A stretch of DNA of 64,000 nt from the human T2T-CHM13v2.0 reference genome, Homo sapiens (GCF_009914755.1 NC_060930.1); one strand, 5' to 3'; counted from the first letter of the stretch, positions 1 to 17,785 are shown. Translations and numbers: made by a program. Notes: generated by a model from the sequence alone, not told the origin.

Positions 1-275
1 GCCCCTTCCCAGCTTCTGATGATATGCCAGCAATCTTTGGCATTCCTTGGTTTGCAGGTGCGCAACTCCCATCTCTGCCTTTGTAGTCACTGGTGTTCTC
101 CCCGAGTGTCTGTCTTCACATGCACACCGGCTGTGTGCAAGTGACTGCAACAGGACCCCAGTCATATTGTATTAGGGGCCCACCCTATTCCAGTAAATAA
201 GGTCACATTCTGAGGTACCAGGATTTAGTGCCACAAAATATCTTTTTGGGGGACATACACAACTCAACCCACCAA
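1..275 (-). mobile_element. MLT1 (MaLR) LTR fragment
   Basis: MLT1-like motifs aaggtcacattctgaggtac and tttttgggggaca...caactcaaccc. Confidence 0.75.
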
Positions 276-426
276 GAGCCACAGCACAAGATCCCTGTAC
301 CAAGCCTGGTATGGAGAAGGCAGCCACCCGCCTTTGAATGGGCCAAGCAGGCTTGGATGACTATGCCCAGCAGTGATTAGTGGTAGACCAGAAGCCCTCC
401 CCCAAATTTCTAGATTGTGTAGGGAC

Positions 427-719
427 TTTTTTTTTTTTTTGAGACGGAGTCTTGCTTTTTTGCCTAGGCTGGAGTGAAGTGACATCTTAGCTCACTGCAA
501 CCTCTGCCCCCCTGGGTTCAAGTAATTCTCCTGCCTCAGCCTCTCAAGTAGCTAGGATTACAGGCACATGCCACTACATCCAGTTAATTTTTGTATTTTT
601 AGTAGAAATAGGGTTTCATCATGTTGGCTAGGCTGGTCTTGAACTCCTGACTTCAGGTGATCCACCCGCCTCGGCCTCCCAAAGTGCTGGGATTACAGGC
701 GTGAGCCACCGTGCCCACC
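427..719 (-). mobile_element. AluS
   Basis: Full dimer, poly-T, TSD tagggac. Confidence 0.95.
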
Positions 720-900
720 TAGGGACACTTATACAACCTGGAAGAGGAGAAGGAAGCCACCCCCACTCCACTCCCACCCCACAAATAATATGACTGTGCT
801 TGCAATTCTCTGGGGGGACTGATTTGGTGATTCTGCCCCTGCGTGTATGGGGGCATACTCAGATGATTACACTTGGCATCCCTGTTTTTAACATACCCTG

Positions 901-1255
<355 letters not shown>

Positions 1256-1327
1256 TCACTGGCTGTTTTTTGTTTCCAAGTGCCTCATTCTTTTATTTAC
1301 TTTTCACAGTTGCTAGTGTTCTACCCT

Positions 1328-1873
1328 TGTGATGGTTAATATTGAGTGTCAACTTGATTGGATTGAAGGATGCAAAGTATTGCTCCTGGGTGTGTCTGTG
1401 AGGGTGTTGCGGAAGGGGATTAACATTTGAGCCAGTGGACTGGGAGAGGCAGACCCACCCTCAGTCTGGGTGGACAACATCTAATCAGCTGCCAGCACTG
1501 CTAGAATAAAAGCAGGCAGAAGAACATGGACTACTAGACTGGCTGAGTCTTCTGGCCTTCATCTTTCTTCTGTGCTGGATGATTCCTGCCCTCAAACATC
1601 AGACTGCAAGTTCTTCAGCTTTGGACTCTTGGACTTATGCCAGTGGTTTGCCCGGGGCTCTTAGACCTTTGACCACAGACTGAAGGCTGCACTGTTGGCT
1701 TCCCTACTTTTGAGGTTTTGGGAGCTTGGACTGGTTTCCTTGCTCCTCAGCTTGCAGACTTCAAGTGGGACTTCACTTTGTGATCATGTGAGTCAATACT
1801 TTCTAATAAACTACCGTTGATATACACACCTATTCTATTAGCTCTGTCCCTCTAGAGAACCCTGACGAATACA
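1328..1873 (+). mobile_element. MLT2A (probably MLT2A2) HERV-L solo LTR
   Basis: Starts TGTGATGGTTAATATTGAGTGTCAACTTGATTGGATTGAAGG and ends CTAGAGAACCCTGACGAATACA; 546 bp. Confidence 0.9.
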
Positions 1874-2869
1874 GTCCTCATATTCCTCTCCTTTTATTTT
1901 CCCAATCAAAACATTTATGAAATATATGTGCATTGGCAAAAAAAACTAAGGTTACTTCCTAGTCAAAAGTGCTACACACTCCTAGCCAGCATGCTTCGTA
2001 ACAAAATATTATATTAACACTTAAAAAATACATCCTATATAAAATGTGTAGAGAGAACTTACTGCCTTACTGGCCCAGATAAGCAGCAGGGAAGGGATAG
2101 GAAAATGTTTTCCTCTCCTCTGTAGGGTTAGTGCCTAGGAGCTGAGAATATGGGGTGGGAGGGGGGGTCCGGATTTTTTTCTTCCAGTTATATAAAAATC
2201 AGAGAAGTGCCTCATTTCTGCTCAAATGCATTTGAAATATCATCACTGATAATTCCTTAGTTTTAAAACTAAAATCTGTCTGCAATATTTTAAATACCAT
2301 AAATAGCAACCTCCCACTCAGAGACAAAATGGAAACCTCTCTATACTGTTCTGTAATCAGAGCATCTAGCACAGAGGAAAAATCCAAGAAGTAAGGTAAA
2401 CTATAAAACTATATAAATAAACTATATCTACAAAACTATATAAATTATATAAATGCATATCAGTTATATTTGACAATACAACAAGTTATCAATAACATTG
2501 CTAAACCACTTTACTTATTGAATTTTTTTTTAAATTCCCCTTTAAACAGTGAGATGATGGGGCTGTAGGAAATGGACCTTCATCCCCATTTTAATAGAAA
2601 GTCATCAAGGCAGTTTTAGCAATCTGAATTGAGGATCAGTTTACAAGGAGAAAATCAATTTATGTTTAAGTGTGTGTGTATACACACACAGACACACACA
2701 TATTCCCACACCCTCCCTGAGGGCTTTGAGTGATCCAATGTCTGAAAATATCCACAGCAAACTGAGGGAAAATTACTGTGGTTAATTGACTCATTTACTT
2801 AAACCTTTATTAGCCATAACTTATTAACGTATTAAATGCATTAAAAGACATGTCGAAAGCCAAGATAGG

Positions 2870-3175
2870 GGCCAGGCATGATGGCTCACACCTGTAATCC
2901 CAGCACTTTGGGAGGCCGAGACAGGCATATTACTTGAGGTCAGGAGTTCCAGACCAGCCTGGCCAACATGGTGAAACCCCATCTCTACAAAAATATAAAA
3001 TTAGCCAGCCGTGGTGGTATGTGCCTTAATTCCAGCTGCTCAGGAGGCTGAAGCAGGAGAATCACTTGAACCCAGGAGGCAGAGGTTGCAGTGAGCCAAG
3101 ATGGTGCCACTGCACTCCAGCCTGGGTGACAGAGTGAGACTCTGTCTCTAAATAAATAAAATAAAATAAAATAAT
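2870..3175 (+). mobile_element. AluS inside Tigger1
   Basis: TSD gaaagccaagatagg 2855-2869/3176-3190. Confidence 0.95.
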
Positions 3176-3333
3176 GAAAGCCAAGATAGGCTGAAACTAG
3201 GCCTCTTGTGCCAAAGAGTTAGCGAAGATGTGAATGCAAAGGAAATTAAAAGTGCTACTGTAGTAAATAAAAAAAAAAAGATTAGAAAGCAAAACAATGT
3301 ATTGCTGATATGGAGAAAATTGGAGTGGTCTAG

Positions 3334-3800
<467 letters not shown>

Positions 3801-4816
3801 TAAAAGTCAAAGTGAAGTGGAAAGTGCTGATGGAAAAGCTGCAGCAAGTTATCCAAAAGACCTAGTAAAGATCACTGATGAAGGTGTCTACACTAAACAA
3901 CAGATTTTCAATCTAGGACTTTCAAAGGTAGAGAGGAGAAGTCAATGCCTGGCTTCAAAGAACAGGCTGAGTCTCTTGTTAGGAACTAATGCAGCTGGTG
4001 CCTTGAAGTTGAAGCCAATAGTCATTTACCTTCCCTACAATACTAGGGCACTCAAGAATTATGCTAAATCGACTCTGCCTGTGCTTCATTAGTGGAACAA
4101 CAAAGCCTGGATGACAGCACATCTGTTTACAGCACAGTCTCTTGTATATTTTAAACCCACTGTTGAGACATATAGCTCAGAAAAAAAGATTCCTTTCCTA
4201 ATATTACTGCTCACTGACAATGTACCTAGTCACCCAAGAGCTCTGATTTAGATGTACAAGGAGATTAATGTTGTTTCAATACCCACAACACAACATCCAT
4301 TCTGCAGCTTTCAAGTCTTATTATTTTAAAAATACATTTTGTAAGGCTATAGCTGCCATAGATAGTGATTCTTCTGATGGATCTGGGCAAAGTAAATTTA
4401 AAAGCTTCTGGAAAGGATTGACCATTCTAGATGGCAGTGAGAACATTCATTATTCATGGGTGGAGGTCAAAATATCAACATGAACAGAAGTTTTGAAGAA
4501 GTTGATTCCAACTTTCATGGATAACTTTGAGGGGGTCAAGATTTCAGTGGAGGAAGTAACTGCAGGTATGGTAGAAATAGCAAGAAAACTACAATTAGAA
4601 ATGGGCCTTAAGATGGAACTAAATTGCTGCAATCTCATGATCAAACTTGAATGAAGAGTTGCTTCTTATGAATGAGCAAAGAAAGTGGTTTCTTGAGATA
4701 GAATGTACTGCTGATGAAGATGCTGTGAACGTTGGTGAGATGACAACAAAGGATTTAGAATATTACATCAACTTCGTTAATAAAGAAGTGACAGGGTTTG
4801 AGAGAATTAACTCCAA

Positions 4817-5073
<257 letters not shown>

Positions 5074-5544
5074 TGACTCCAATTTTGAAAGAAGTTCTAC
5101 TGAGGGTAAAATGCTATCAAATAGCATTGCATGCTACAGAAATATTTTTTGTGAAAGGAACAGTCAGTTGATGTAGCAAACTTCATTGTCTTATTTTAAG
5201 AAATTGCCATAGCCACATCAGCTTTCAGCAACCAACAGCTTGATCAATCAACAGCCATCAATATCAAACAAGGACTCTCCACCAGCAAAAAGAGTACCAC
5301 TTGCTGAAAGCTCAGATGATCATTAGCATTTTTTAGCAATAAAGTATTTTTAAGGTATGTACATTTTTTAGACCTAATGTTATTGTGCATTTAACAGACT
5401 ACAGTACAGTGTAAAGGCAACTTTTACATGCACTAGGAAGCAAAAAAAAAATTATATGACTTTTTTTTTTACAATATTTGCTTTATTGTGATAGTCTGGA
5501 ACTGCGCCTACAATATCTCTGGGCTCTGAGGTATGCCTGTATAA

Positions 5545-5770
5545 TGCATTTGCAGAAGCAAGACAAAGAAAATATTTGATTAGTTAAATGGAAAGTCCTC
5601 AGTTGAGGTTAGTTGGTCATTTCTAATTGGTTAAGGTTATGCTTTGTTTTTCTTAGGCTATAACCATTCATGCTGAGTTAGGCTTCAGTTTTCAGTTTGC
5701 TTTCAGTTAGGTAGGAACCCAAGGCACTGGAGCTGTCTCAGCTTAATGCCTCCCAATTAATTATTTTAAC
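5545..5770 (-). mobile_element. MER67-like ERV1 LTR fragment
   Basis: The reverse complement begins GTTAAAATAATTAATTGGGAGGCATTAAGCTGAGACAGCTCCAGTGCCTTGGGTTCCTAC. Confidence 0.6.
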
Positions 5771-5874
5771 GAATGTAAAAGAGCACAGGAGGCGGGTGGG
5801 AACCATAGAATCATGCCTGGATTCAGTTGTTTAAGAACTGAGAGCTGTGCCTCCAGTCTATTGCTGAAGAGTAG

Positions 5875-6370
<496 letters not shown>

Positions 6371-7063
6371 TCAGGTTTATCTTTCGAGTAATGAGACTAT
6401 GTATTTGAGGACGGACGCAGGATGAGGGTAAGATATTTGTCTAAGAGTCACAGCTATCAGATTCTGATCATAGGCATTAGATGTTGAAAGTAGTGTTCAG
6501 CTGAGTAAACAGAGGTGCAGAGACAGGTATTAATACATCACCTAGCTGAGGTTAGGCAGCTGCTTTTTCCAAGGCCAGAGCTTAGATATCTTGGCTGGTG
6601 CTTTTAACTCTCCCCATCCACCATTGCTTCTCTTGATACTAAATTTAAAATATCTCTAACTTAGAAAAGAAAGTTTCTGGTTTGAATTTGTTTTTATTTG
6701 AGAAATATATGTTCGATCACTAACGTCATATTTTCCTCTGTGTTTAGCCATTGTGAAGTATAATATGACATGGGTGAAACTGATAGTCAAGCAAATATCT
6801 TTTTAACTTTAGAAGTGAGTTGCTAGCCTCCATTCCCAAAATTCTCAAGTCCGTTTGTTTTCCTAACTCCATACAGAACTTAAAGGGATGTAGTCAATGA
6901 TACATTCTATACATACTTGCCTGAATATGTTATCTTGGCCTCCAGCACCTGGGTTAACACTATTAACTTAGTACTACAACTGCTTGTTTGCCCTAGAAGC
7001 TATCAGATTGAATTCATTTCCCTACAGTATCTATTATTGCCTTCTGAAAGGCATTTAGCACTC

Positions 7064-7436
7064 CAGATGTTCCTCAATTTAGGATAAAGTTACATCCCAA
7101 TAAACCCATTGTAGGTTGAAAATATCATGTCAAAATTGGGCGTTGTGTAGACATGATGAAATGTGAATCACAAAACACAACATCCAGAAAATGCTGGCAA
7201 CAGAGTATACTGCAAGCATGAGTTGTTTAGCCTCATGATCTCATGGCTAGCTGGGAGCTGTGGCTCACTGCCACTGCCCAGCATCATGAGAGAGTATCAT
7301 ACCACGCTCTGCCAGCCCAGGAAAAGATCAAAATTCAGAATTTGAAGTATGGTTTGTGCTGAATGTGTAATCACTTTCACACCATTGTAAAGTCTAAAAA
7401 TAGGACTTCGAACCATTGCAAGTTGGGGACCATCTG
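7064..7436 (+). mobile_element. MER47 (Tigger-family non-autonomous DNA transposon)
   Basis: Termini CAGATG...CATCTG; gttacatcccaataaacccattgtaggttgaaaatatc. Confidence 0.8.
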
Positions 7437-7661
7437 TGTATCATACCCTAACACCAAGAAATATAAGCATTGGCAGTTTAATTGCCTAGTTGCAAATCAT
7501 TTCCATAGAGTTTATCAGTTATTTATTGGTTTTAAAAGTATCGATACAAACTAAATTCCATACTGGGAGGAGGGCATTCAAATCTGAATTACTAGAAAAA
7601 TTATATACAGGGAAGTTATATAACACAGACTTTCACTCCTTCATTTTTACACTATTTTATT

Positions 7662-7751
7662 TTTTTACTGTCTCTCCCACTTTTTTTTTCAACTTTTATT
7701 TTAGAATCAGAGTGTACCTGAGCAGGTTTGTTACCTGGATATATTGCATTC
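7662..7751 (-). mobile_element. Very short L1 3'-end insertion
   Basis: Minus strand reads gtaacaaacctgc..tctaaaataaaagttg(A)n; TSD cactattttatt 7650-7661/7752-7763. Confidence 0.75.
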
Positions 7752-8501
7752 CACTATTTTATTATATTCATTTATTTTTAACCATTCACCTTTATTGCAA
7801 ATAGTGTTCCGTGGACACTGGTGGGGAGGAGTCTGCAAGAGCCCGGGCTCTGGGAGGAGGGAAGGGGCAGGGTGGCTGCCCTGACTTTGCCCAGGCATTT
7901 CAGTCAGAGCTGCCTCATCTGTTGGGCATCCAGGATTTGAAAGGGTGGTCACATTATTTTAAAAATGTTTTTCTTTAGATAATGTGAGATGGAACAAGTT
8001 TAAACATCTGAAACATACATAGAGTTCATCTCTGCCTCTGAATCATTTTGTTTTTAAGTTGGCTATTCGGAACTTGGAATTTGTTTTGCCTCTGAAACAG
8101 AAGTAAGGGTAGGTAGCCAGGCAAAAATAGACTATTTAACCTGTAAATGAGCTTCATTAACATATAGAACTTAAAAGTTCACTTATTATAGTTCCTATGG
8201 AAAAACTGGTTTCAAGTTCCAGCTAACAGGTACGTAGACCTATCTATAATGGTAATAATGGGCTGAGTGGTATTAATTTTTGGACTAACCTATCTACTAA
8301 AAGCAATGACAAACTCTAGATAAAACTTAAACACACACACCCAACACACACATACATGATCACCCTAAAGGCATCCAAGTGCTATTGAGGTAGTAGGGAA
8401 TTACTTGACAGAGCACTAAGTGGGCTATGAGAGCAGCGAAGCTATTTGGCCCTAACATATTTGTCAAGGCCCAGGACCTACCCAAGGTGGGGAATCTTTT
8501 A

Positions 8502-8932
8502 AGGGTGATTAAATGATTTGTTGTCCAAATCGGATCTTTTGGGTGTGAAGGAGGTCAGATGGTTCATTTAATATGTCAACTTAACTGGGCCATGTGGTGC
8601 CCAGATACTTGGTTAAACATTATTCTGGATATGTCAGTGAAGGTATTTCTGGGATAAGATTAACATTTGAATCTGTAGACTAAATAAAGCCAATTGCACT
8701 CCCCAGGGTGGGTCTGCCTCATCCAATCCACTGAAGGCCTGACTAGAACAAAAGGCTGAGTAAGGGACAGCTTGCTGTCTCTGCTTGTCTTCAGTCAGGG
8801 ACATCCAGCTTCTCCTGCCTTCAAATTCAGACTGGAGCTATACCATCAGCTCTCCTGGGTCTCCAGTTTACTGATGGGAAATTGTGGAATTTCTCAGCCT
8901 CCATAACAGTGAGAGCCAATTTAATAATAAAC

Positions 8933-8967
<35 letters not shown>

Positions 8968-9104
8968 TATACATACACACATTGACATATACATATACAT
9001 ATGCACACATATATACAAATACAGGGAGTATAATTAATACTTACATTGGAACAACAGGTATAAACTAGGGCTATGCTGAGCAAACTAGATTGTATGGTCA
9101 CTCA
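8502..9104 (+). mobile_element. MER81/MER94-type hAT element split by an MLT2 LTR
   Basis: Left half agggtgat..ttgtccaaatcgg (8502-8553); right half acaacaggtataaactaggg..gtatggtcactc (9024-9104). Confidence 0.55.
8555..9023 (+). mobile_element. MLT2 (B/C/D-type) LTR with a (TA)/(CA) microsatellite at 8932-9015
   Basis: gatggtt..tatgtcaacttaactgggcca..gattaacatttgaatc..catccaatcc. Confidence 0.85.
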
Positions 9105-9144
9105 ATTTGTAAGAGACCCTCCCTACATTATGCCAGGCCTTTCA

Positions 9145-9502
<358 letters not shown>

Positions 9503-10624
9503 TTAGGGTTAGGTTGAAGTGGAACTAAATTCATCCTTTTCTTTCAAACTCAGAGGAATATAGACTAGGCCTGAGAAAAGCAGGAAAAAAAATCGAAGGA
9601 AAGTTTACACATGCACACGTGAACACACATGCACACACCCACAGCAAACCCAAAACACCCTCTTCTTGAGGAATTGTGCCAGAGATCAGCCTCAGAGATT
9701 GGGAATGCAGGGTTAGCCAAGGAACCTCGAGTCTTGAACTTGGTATGATGTGGTTTCCCAGCTGCTAGTTCCACCATATATCTGCAGAAGCAAACAAAAA
9801 CAAGACCTTTATACTCAATCCCAGAGAAATTCTACAGATAATATTTCAAAGATAATGACCAGCAACTGAAGATAACCAGGTCCACAAGGTAACAAGGTAA
9901 CTTGAGCAAGAACCAGAAGAAACAACAAAAGCAAAAACAGACCTACACATACTTCAGAGAGTAGAACAACCAGACATTGATTATAAGTTAACTATAAGTT
10001 CAATATGTTTAAACAAATGAAAAATTGAACATATTTGCTGAATGCAAAAATATAAACCATGCCAGAGCACATATGAAAAGCAATGAGAGCATCTAGAAGT
10101 GAAAAATACAGTAACTGAAATGAAACCCACCTGCTCTGGTTTCAAAGACAATTTTGAGGAATTACTCTGCTTGGAAGAAATTGTTGGAGAGGATGTTACT
10201 GGAGAGAGTTACTACATTTGGGGAGCATTTGGAGCTTTGGGTGATGGGAGGAGGGAGGTGAACCATGGCTCTGGTAACCAGAGCTTCCAGAGCTAAAGAG
10301 ATCTCAGAGGAGCTGACTCCCTCTGACAGATGGTAGCATCACCATCAGGTCCAGATTCTCACTCAACAGAAGCCAGGTTTCTCTGGGAAAGAAGAAAAAG
10401 CAATGGGAGAGAAAGGCACCACAAGCTCTTGTCAAGTTGTTCAGAAGTTAGGACTGGGCATCTCCTATGCATTATAAATTCTAAATATGATCCGGAGCAG
10501 AGGAGAATCATTAGCGTATTAAATCATTATATTTATACTTCCGTTTGTGAAACTGCTTCAGAGGCTCCAGAGAATCCCGTTAACTAAACAAGAACCTGCA
10601 CTACACGTGAATTCGCCATTTACT

Positions 10625-10937
10625 TTCTTTTTGCTTTTCTTTTCTTTTTTTTTTTAAGATGGAGTCTTGCTCAGTTGCCCACGCTGAAGTGCAGTGGTAT
10701 GATCTCAACTCACTGCAACCTCCGCTTCCTGGGTTCAAGCGATTCTCCTGCCTTAGCATCCTGAATAGCTGGGACTACAGGCACCCGCCACCATGCCCAG
10801 ATAATTTTTGTACTTTTAGTAGAGACGAGGTTTCACCATGTTAGGTCGGGCTGGTCTTGAACTCCTGACCTCAAGTGATCTGCCTGCCTTGGCCGCCCAA
10901 AGTGCTGGGATTACAGGTGTGAGCCATGTGCCAAGCC
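10625..10937 (-). mobile_element. AluS
   Basis: Full dimer. Confidence 0.95.
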
Positions 10938-11645
10938 TCGCCTTTTAATTTCTGTAAGTCAAGAATCCTACTTCATCAAATCTTTTCAGCTGGTAGGATT
11001 TTTCTGATCAAGGCAGAAGGTCTTGCTTAAGAAAATAAATAATCCTAATGGTAGAAGAATCACAGAACTTGACACCCTGAAGAAACCAGAGATTTAATGT
11101 TTCTAGTGTTATTTCACAGATAAGGAAACTGAGGCTTAGAGAGGGTAAGTGTGGGAAACACATGATCGCACAGAGTGTCTCTCAACCTCCAGTGTGAGAC
11201 TAAAGTGACAAAACCAACGAAAGCAGTGCTCCTTGATTCAGTTTTTCTTCATCAGGGTGTTCCTCACCAGGATGAGACAGCTGACCCCTTGAGAGGTGGT
11301 GAAGCGTTATCCACCAAAAACCCGACTGGGCCACGTCCCAGCAAGTTTTCAGAGTTTGGATTGAGCTCTGGCCTACTGATTTCTTCCTATAATTTGAAAT
11401 AACTCTTTTCAAATGAAACAGTGACATTTATTTGCTGAACTGAGTGGTTATATAGAATGGCTATTTTTGCCAAGTTTGGAAACGATGTGATATGGTTCGA
11501 CTGTGTCTCCACCTAAAATCTCATCTTGAATTGTAATCCCCGCGTGTCCAAGGGCAGGACCAGCTCAAGGTAACTGGATCATAAGGGCGGTTTCCCCCAT
11601 GCTGTTCTCATGATAATGAGTGAGTCTCATGAGATCTGATGGTTT

Positions 11646-11956
<311 letters not shown>

Positions 11957-12019
11957 AAGATCTGATGGTTTTATAAGCGTCTGGCAGTTTCGGTTCTTGG
12001 GGCGTATTCTCCTTCCCGG

Positions 12020-12882
12020 TATGTCCGGAATTGGTGGGTTCTTGGTCTGGCTGACTTGAAATATGAAGCCATGGACTCTAACAGTGAGTGTTACAGCTCT
12101 TAAAGGCAGCACGGTTGTTCATTCCTCCTGGTGGGTTCGTGATCTCGCTGGCTTCACGAATGAAGCTGCAAACTGGCCTTACAGCTCTTAAACGTCACAC
12201 GGACCCAAAGAGTGCCCAGCACCAAGACTGACTGCAAAGAGAGAAAGCACAACGCTGTCGCTGCTGGGTCGGGTGGCCTGCTTTTATTCACTTATTTGGC
12301 CCCACCCACATCCTGCTGATTGGTCCATTTTACAGAGAGCTGATTGGTCCATCTTACAGAGTGCTCATTGGTCCGTTTTGACAGAGTGCTGATTGGTGCA
12401 TTTAAAAACCTTTAGTTAAACACCAAGTGCTGATTGGTGTCTTTACAATCCTTTAGCCTAGACAGAAAAGTTCTCCAAGCCCCACCCCTCCGAAAAGCCC
12501 AGTCAGCTTCACCTCTCGCTGGCGCTCTCAGCGGGATTTTGAGGCACCTATCCTGGGCACTCCGGCAGCCCAGAGGGAGCTCCTACCCCCGACCAAGCCC
12601 AGCAGGTGCCCGGCGCCCTGTGCAGGGCCCACCGAGCCCACACCCACTGAAAACCCGCGGTGGCCCCCGAGCGCCGTGCGCAGCCCCGGCTCCTGCCGGG
12701 GCCTCTCCCTCCATACCTCCCTGCTAGCAGAGGGAGCCGGCTCCGGCCTTGGTCAGCCCCAGAGAGGAGCCCCCACAGCGCAGAGGTGGGCTGAAGGGCT
12801 CCTCGAGCGAGGCCAGAGCGGAGGCCGAGGCCAAGGAGGCGCCGAGAGCAACCGAGGGCTGCTAGCATGTTGTCACCTCTCA
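12020..12882 (-). mobile_element. LTR12 (ERV9) solo LTR, LTR12B-like
   Basis: Minus strand starts TGAGAGGTGACAACATGCTAGCAGCCCTC and ends AAGAACCCACCAATTCCGGACATA. Tandem CCAAT repeats 12319-12440; GC-rich U3. Confidence 0.92.
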
Positions 12883-13172
12883 CTGATGCTTGTGAAGAAG
12901 ATGCTTTCTTCCCTTTCAACTTCTGCCATGATTGTAAGTTTTCTGAGGCCTCCCCAGCCATGCAGCACTGTGAATTAAACCTCTTTTCTTTGTAAATTAC
13001 CCATTCTCGAGTATTTCTTCACAGCAGCGCGAGAATAGAGTAACACACTGTGCTTTCACTAGCATTTATTACTCTAATAACATTTGGCAGGATCATCTCA
13101 AATTTGAGCAGCAAAATACCAGTCCAAAGCAACACATGCATCAACTCCAAGCAGAGTTAAATTTAAATTTGT

Positions 13173-13443
<271 letters not shown>

Positions 13444-13612
13444 TTAAGTAAATAAGCTACTGCTTTTACTGGGTTTGTATCCACTTTTGTTACAAAATGG
13501 AATGCAGTTAGTAATTTTCCCCTTCTAGTAATACGTATATTTTTGAATATATAATGCATACATTCAGCCATCTAGGGCAGAAGAACATATATTTATAATA
13601 TACACACACATT

Positions 13613-13958
<346 letters not shown>

Positions 13959-14186
13959 TTAAAGTTGAGGAGGAAATTACTGTTAGGGAATAGCTCTTTT
14001 CCTACCCCATTTTCACCACTCATTGCTTGTTGTATCATCAGGATAGACTAGCGTCTGCTGGGGTAACAAATAGCCTTTGGGTTGCAGGCCCAAGGGTCTT
14101 GTTAAGATACCAACAGTCACAAACACTTTCAGTCAAGGATTATTAGTTCTTTAATAGTACCATTGTTTCAAAAACTTGGTCCCTTC

Positions 14187-14547
14187 TGATATGGTTTGGC
14201 TCTGTGTCACTACCCAAATCTCACATTGAATTGTAATTCCCATAATCCTCTGTCAAGGGCAGGACCAGGTGGAGGTAATTGAATCATGGGGGTTGTTTCC
14301 CCCATGCTGTTCTCGTGATAATGGGTGAATCTCATGAGATCTGATGGTTTTATAAGCATCTGGCATTTCCCCTGCTGGCACTCATTCTTTCTCCTGCCAC
14401 CTTCTGAAGAGGTGCCTTCTGCTATGATTATAAGCTTTCTGAGGCCTCCCCAGCCATGCAGAACTGTGAGTCAATTAAACCTCTTTTCTTTATAAATTAC
14501 CAAGTCTCAGGTATTTCTTCATAGCAGTATGAGAACAGACTAATATA
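14187..14547 (+). mobile_element. THE1D-like MaLR solo LTR (intact)
   Basis: TGATATGGTTTGGCTCTGTGTC...GAGAACAGACTAATATA, 361 bp. Confidence 0.92.
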
Positions 14548-14699
14548 CTTCCCCTTCCCTTTTGTTTGGACTGGGACACTCAGCTGATGTGACTTGAGTG
14601 CTCAGCAGCATTGGAGCCTGGGTGAAAGGAATTTAGTCAATGTGATCTGTGAGTCCAGAAGAACTGGGGGCAAGAAGACAGCATGAATGTTTGGAAGGC

Positions 14700-15450
<751 letters not shown>

Positions 15451-16464
15451 GATCCACGTTATGCTGTGGCAAAGTGTATGGTAAAACTATTGCCTGTGAT
15501 AACTTCGAAGGCAGATGCTGTGCCTCTGGACTTCCAATTTTAAGGAAAGAGATTGGTTAACATTAGCTATGTTTGACAGATGGGTTCAGAAATAGCTGGC
15601 AGGTTTATAAGCAAGAACACAAGAAAATCGAGAGTACAGAAATTTAGAACTTACAGCATTGGAAGAGGAAAATCCTGCTCAACTCCAAATAATGAAAGAT
15701 AAACATAAGAATGGTACTGAGTTTTCAGCAAAGATCAAACCAAGGATAAGGCTGTCAAACCCACGGTGAGACCCCTGGATAGATCAGGCAGCACTCAGTA
15801 AATCCTTTCAATTGGAAAAAAAAGGGCTCAGGAAAACATACTAAAGAGTGTGGCTCTCTAAAATTCCCCAGTTGTTAACATTTTACCACATTAACCTTAC
15901 CGTATTCATTCATTCATTCTCTTTCTCTTTCTCTCCATAAACATATACATACACACACACCATTATTATTGTCTGTATCCTTTGAGAGAGTAAGTTGCAG
16001 ACAGGATGCCCTTATCCCTAAATACTTTAATGTGAATCTATGAAAAATTCACCACTAACATTAATAGTGAAAATCTGGATGCTTTCTCCTGAAGATTAGG
16101 AACTCAAGAACAAGACAAGGATGTCTGCTCTTTCCACTTCTATTCAATGTTGCACTGGAAGTTCTGAACAGGGCAATTAAGTAATAAAGAAATAAAATAC
16201 ACCCAGATTGGAAAGGAAGGCATAAAACTATCTCTACTCGCTGATGACATGATTTTGTATACAAAACATCCCAAGGAATTGACTAAAAAACTGTAAGAAC
16301 TAATAAGTTCAGTGAGGTTGAAGGATACAACAACAATATTCAAAAATCAGTTATAGTTCACATTATCAATACATAAATCAAAATGATATTAAGAAAACAA
16401 TTTAATTTACAATAGCATCAAAGCAAATATAATTCTTATAAGTATGTAACTATACATATATATA

Positions 16465-17075
<611 letters not shown>

Positions 17076-17225
17076 TATGACTGTTTTTTTAAAGAAAGTG
17101 CAAAACATGTACTTTGGAAAATGCAAGAGTTTGTTGATAGAAAAATTTAAAGCCCTGAATAAATGCAAGGACATTCCATTTCCATGGATCAGAAGACTTA
17201 ACATCATTAAGATAGAAATACTTAC

Positions 17226-17519
17226 CTGGGTGCAGTGGCTCATGCCTGTAATCCCAGAACTTTGAGAGGCTGAGGTGGGCAAATCACTTGGGTACAGGAG
17301 TTCAAGACCAGCCTGGGCAACATGGCAAAACCTCCTCTCTACAAAATACACAAAAAACTAGCCAGGCATGGTGTGCACACCTACAGTCTTAGCAACTCAG
17401 GAGGCTGAGGTGGGAAGATCACTTGAGCTCAGGAGGTAAAGGCTGCAATGAGCTATGATCCTACCACAGCACTGTAGCCTGGGTGACAGAGGGAGACCCT
17501 GTCTCAAAAAAAAAAAAAG
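17226..17519 (+). mobile_element. AluJ
   Basis: gatcacttgagctcaggagg..ggctgcaatgagctatgat. Confidence 0.9.
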
Positions 17520-17587
17520 ATAGCAATACTTCCCACTTCCTGATTGATGTATAGATTCAACACAAACCTTATTGAAATCTCATCTGC

Positions 17588-17751
17588 CTTTTTTTTTTTT
17601 TTTTGAGACAGTCTCACTCTGTTGCCCAGGTTGCAGTGCAGTGGCATGATCTGAGCTCACTGCAACCTCTGCCTCCCAGGAGTCAGTTGATTCTCATGCC
17701 TCAGCCTCCTGAGTAGCTAGGACTACTAGCTACATGCCACCATGCCCAGCT

Positions 17752-17785
<34 letters not shown>

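Noticed and set aside
12434-12978. 97-137 aa GC-rich ORFs
   Set aside because: They lie mainly in the LTR12 U3 region and show no recognisable domain.
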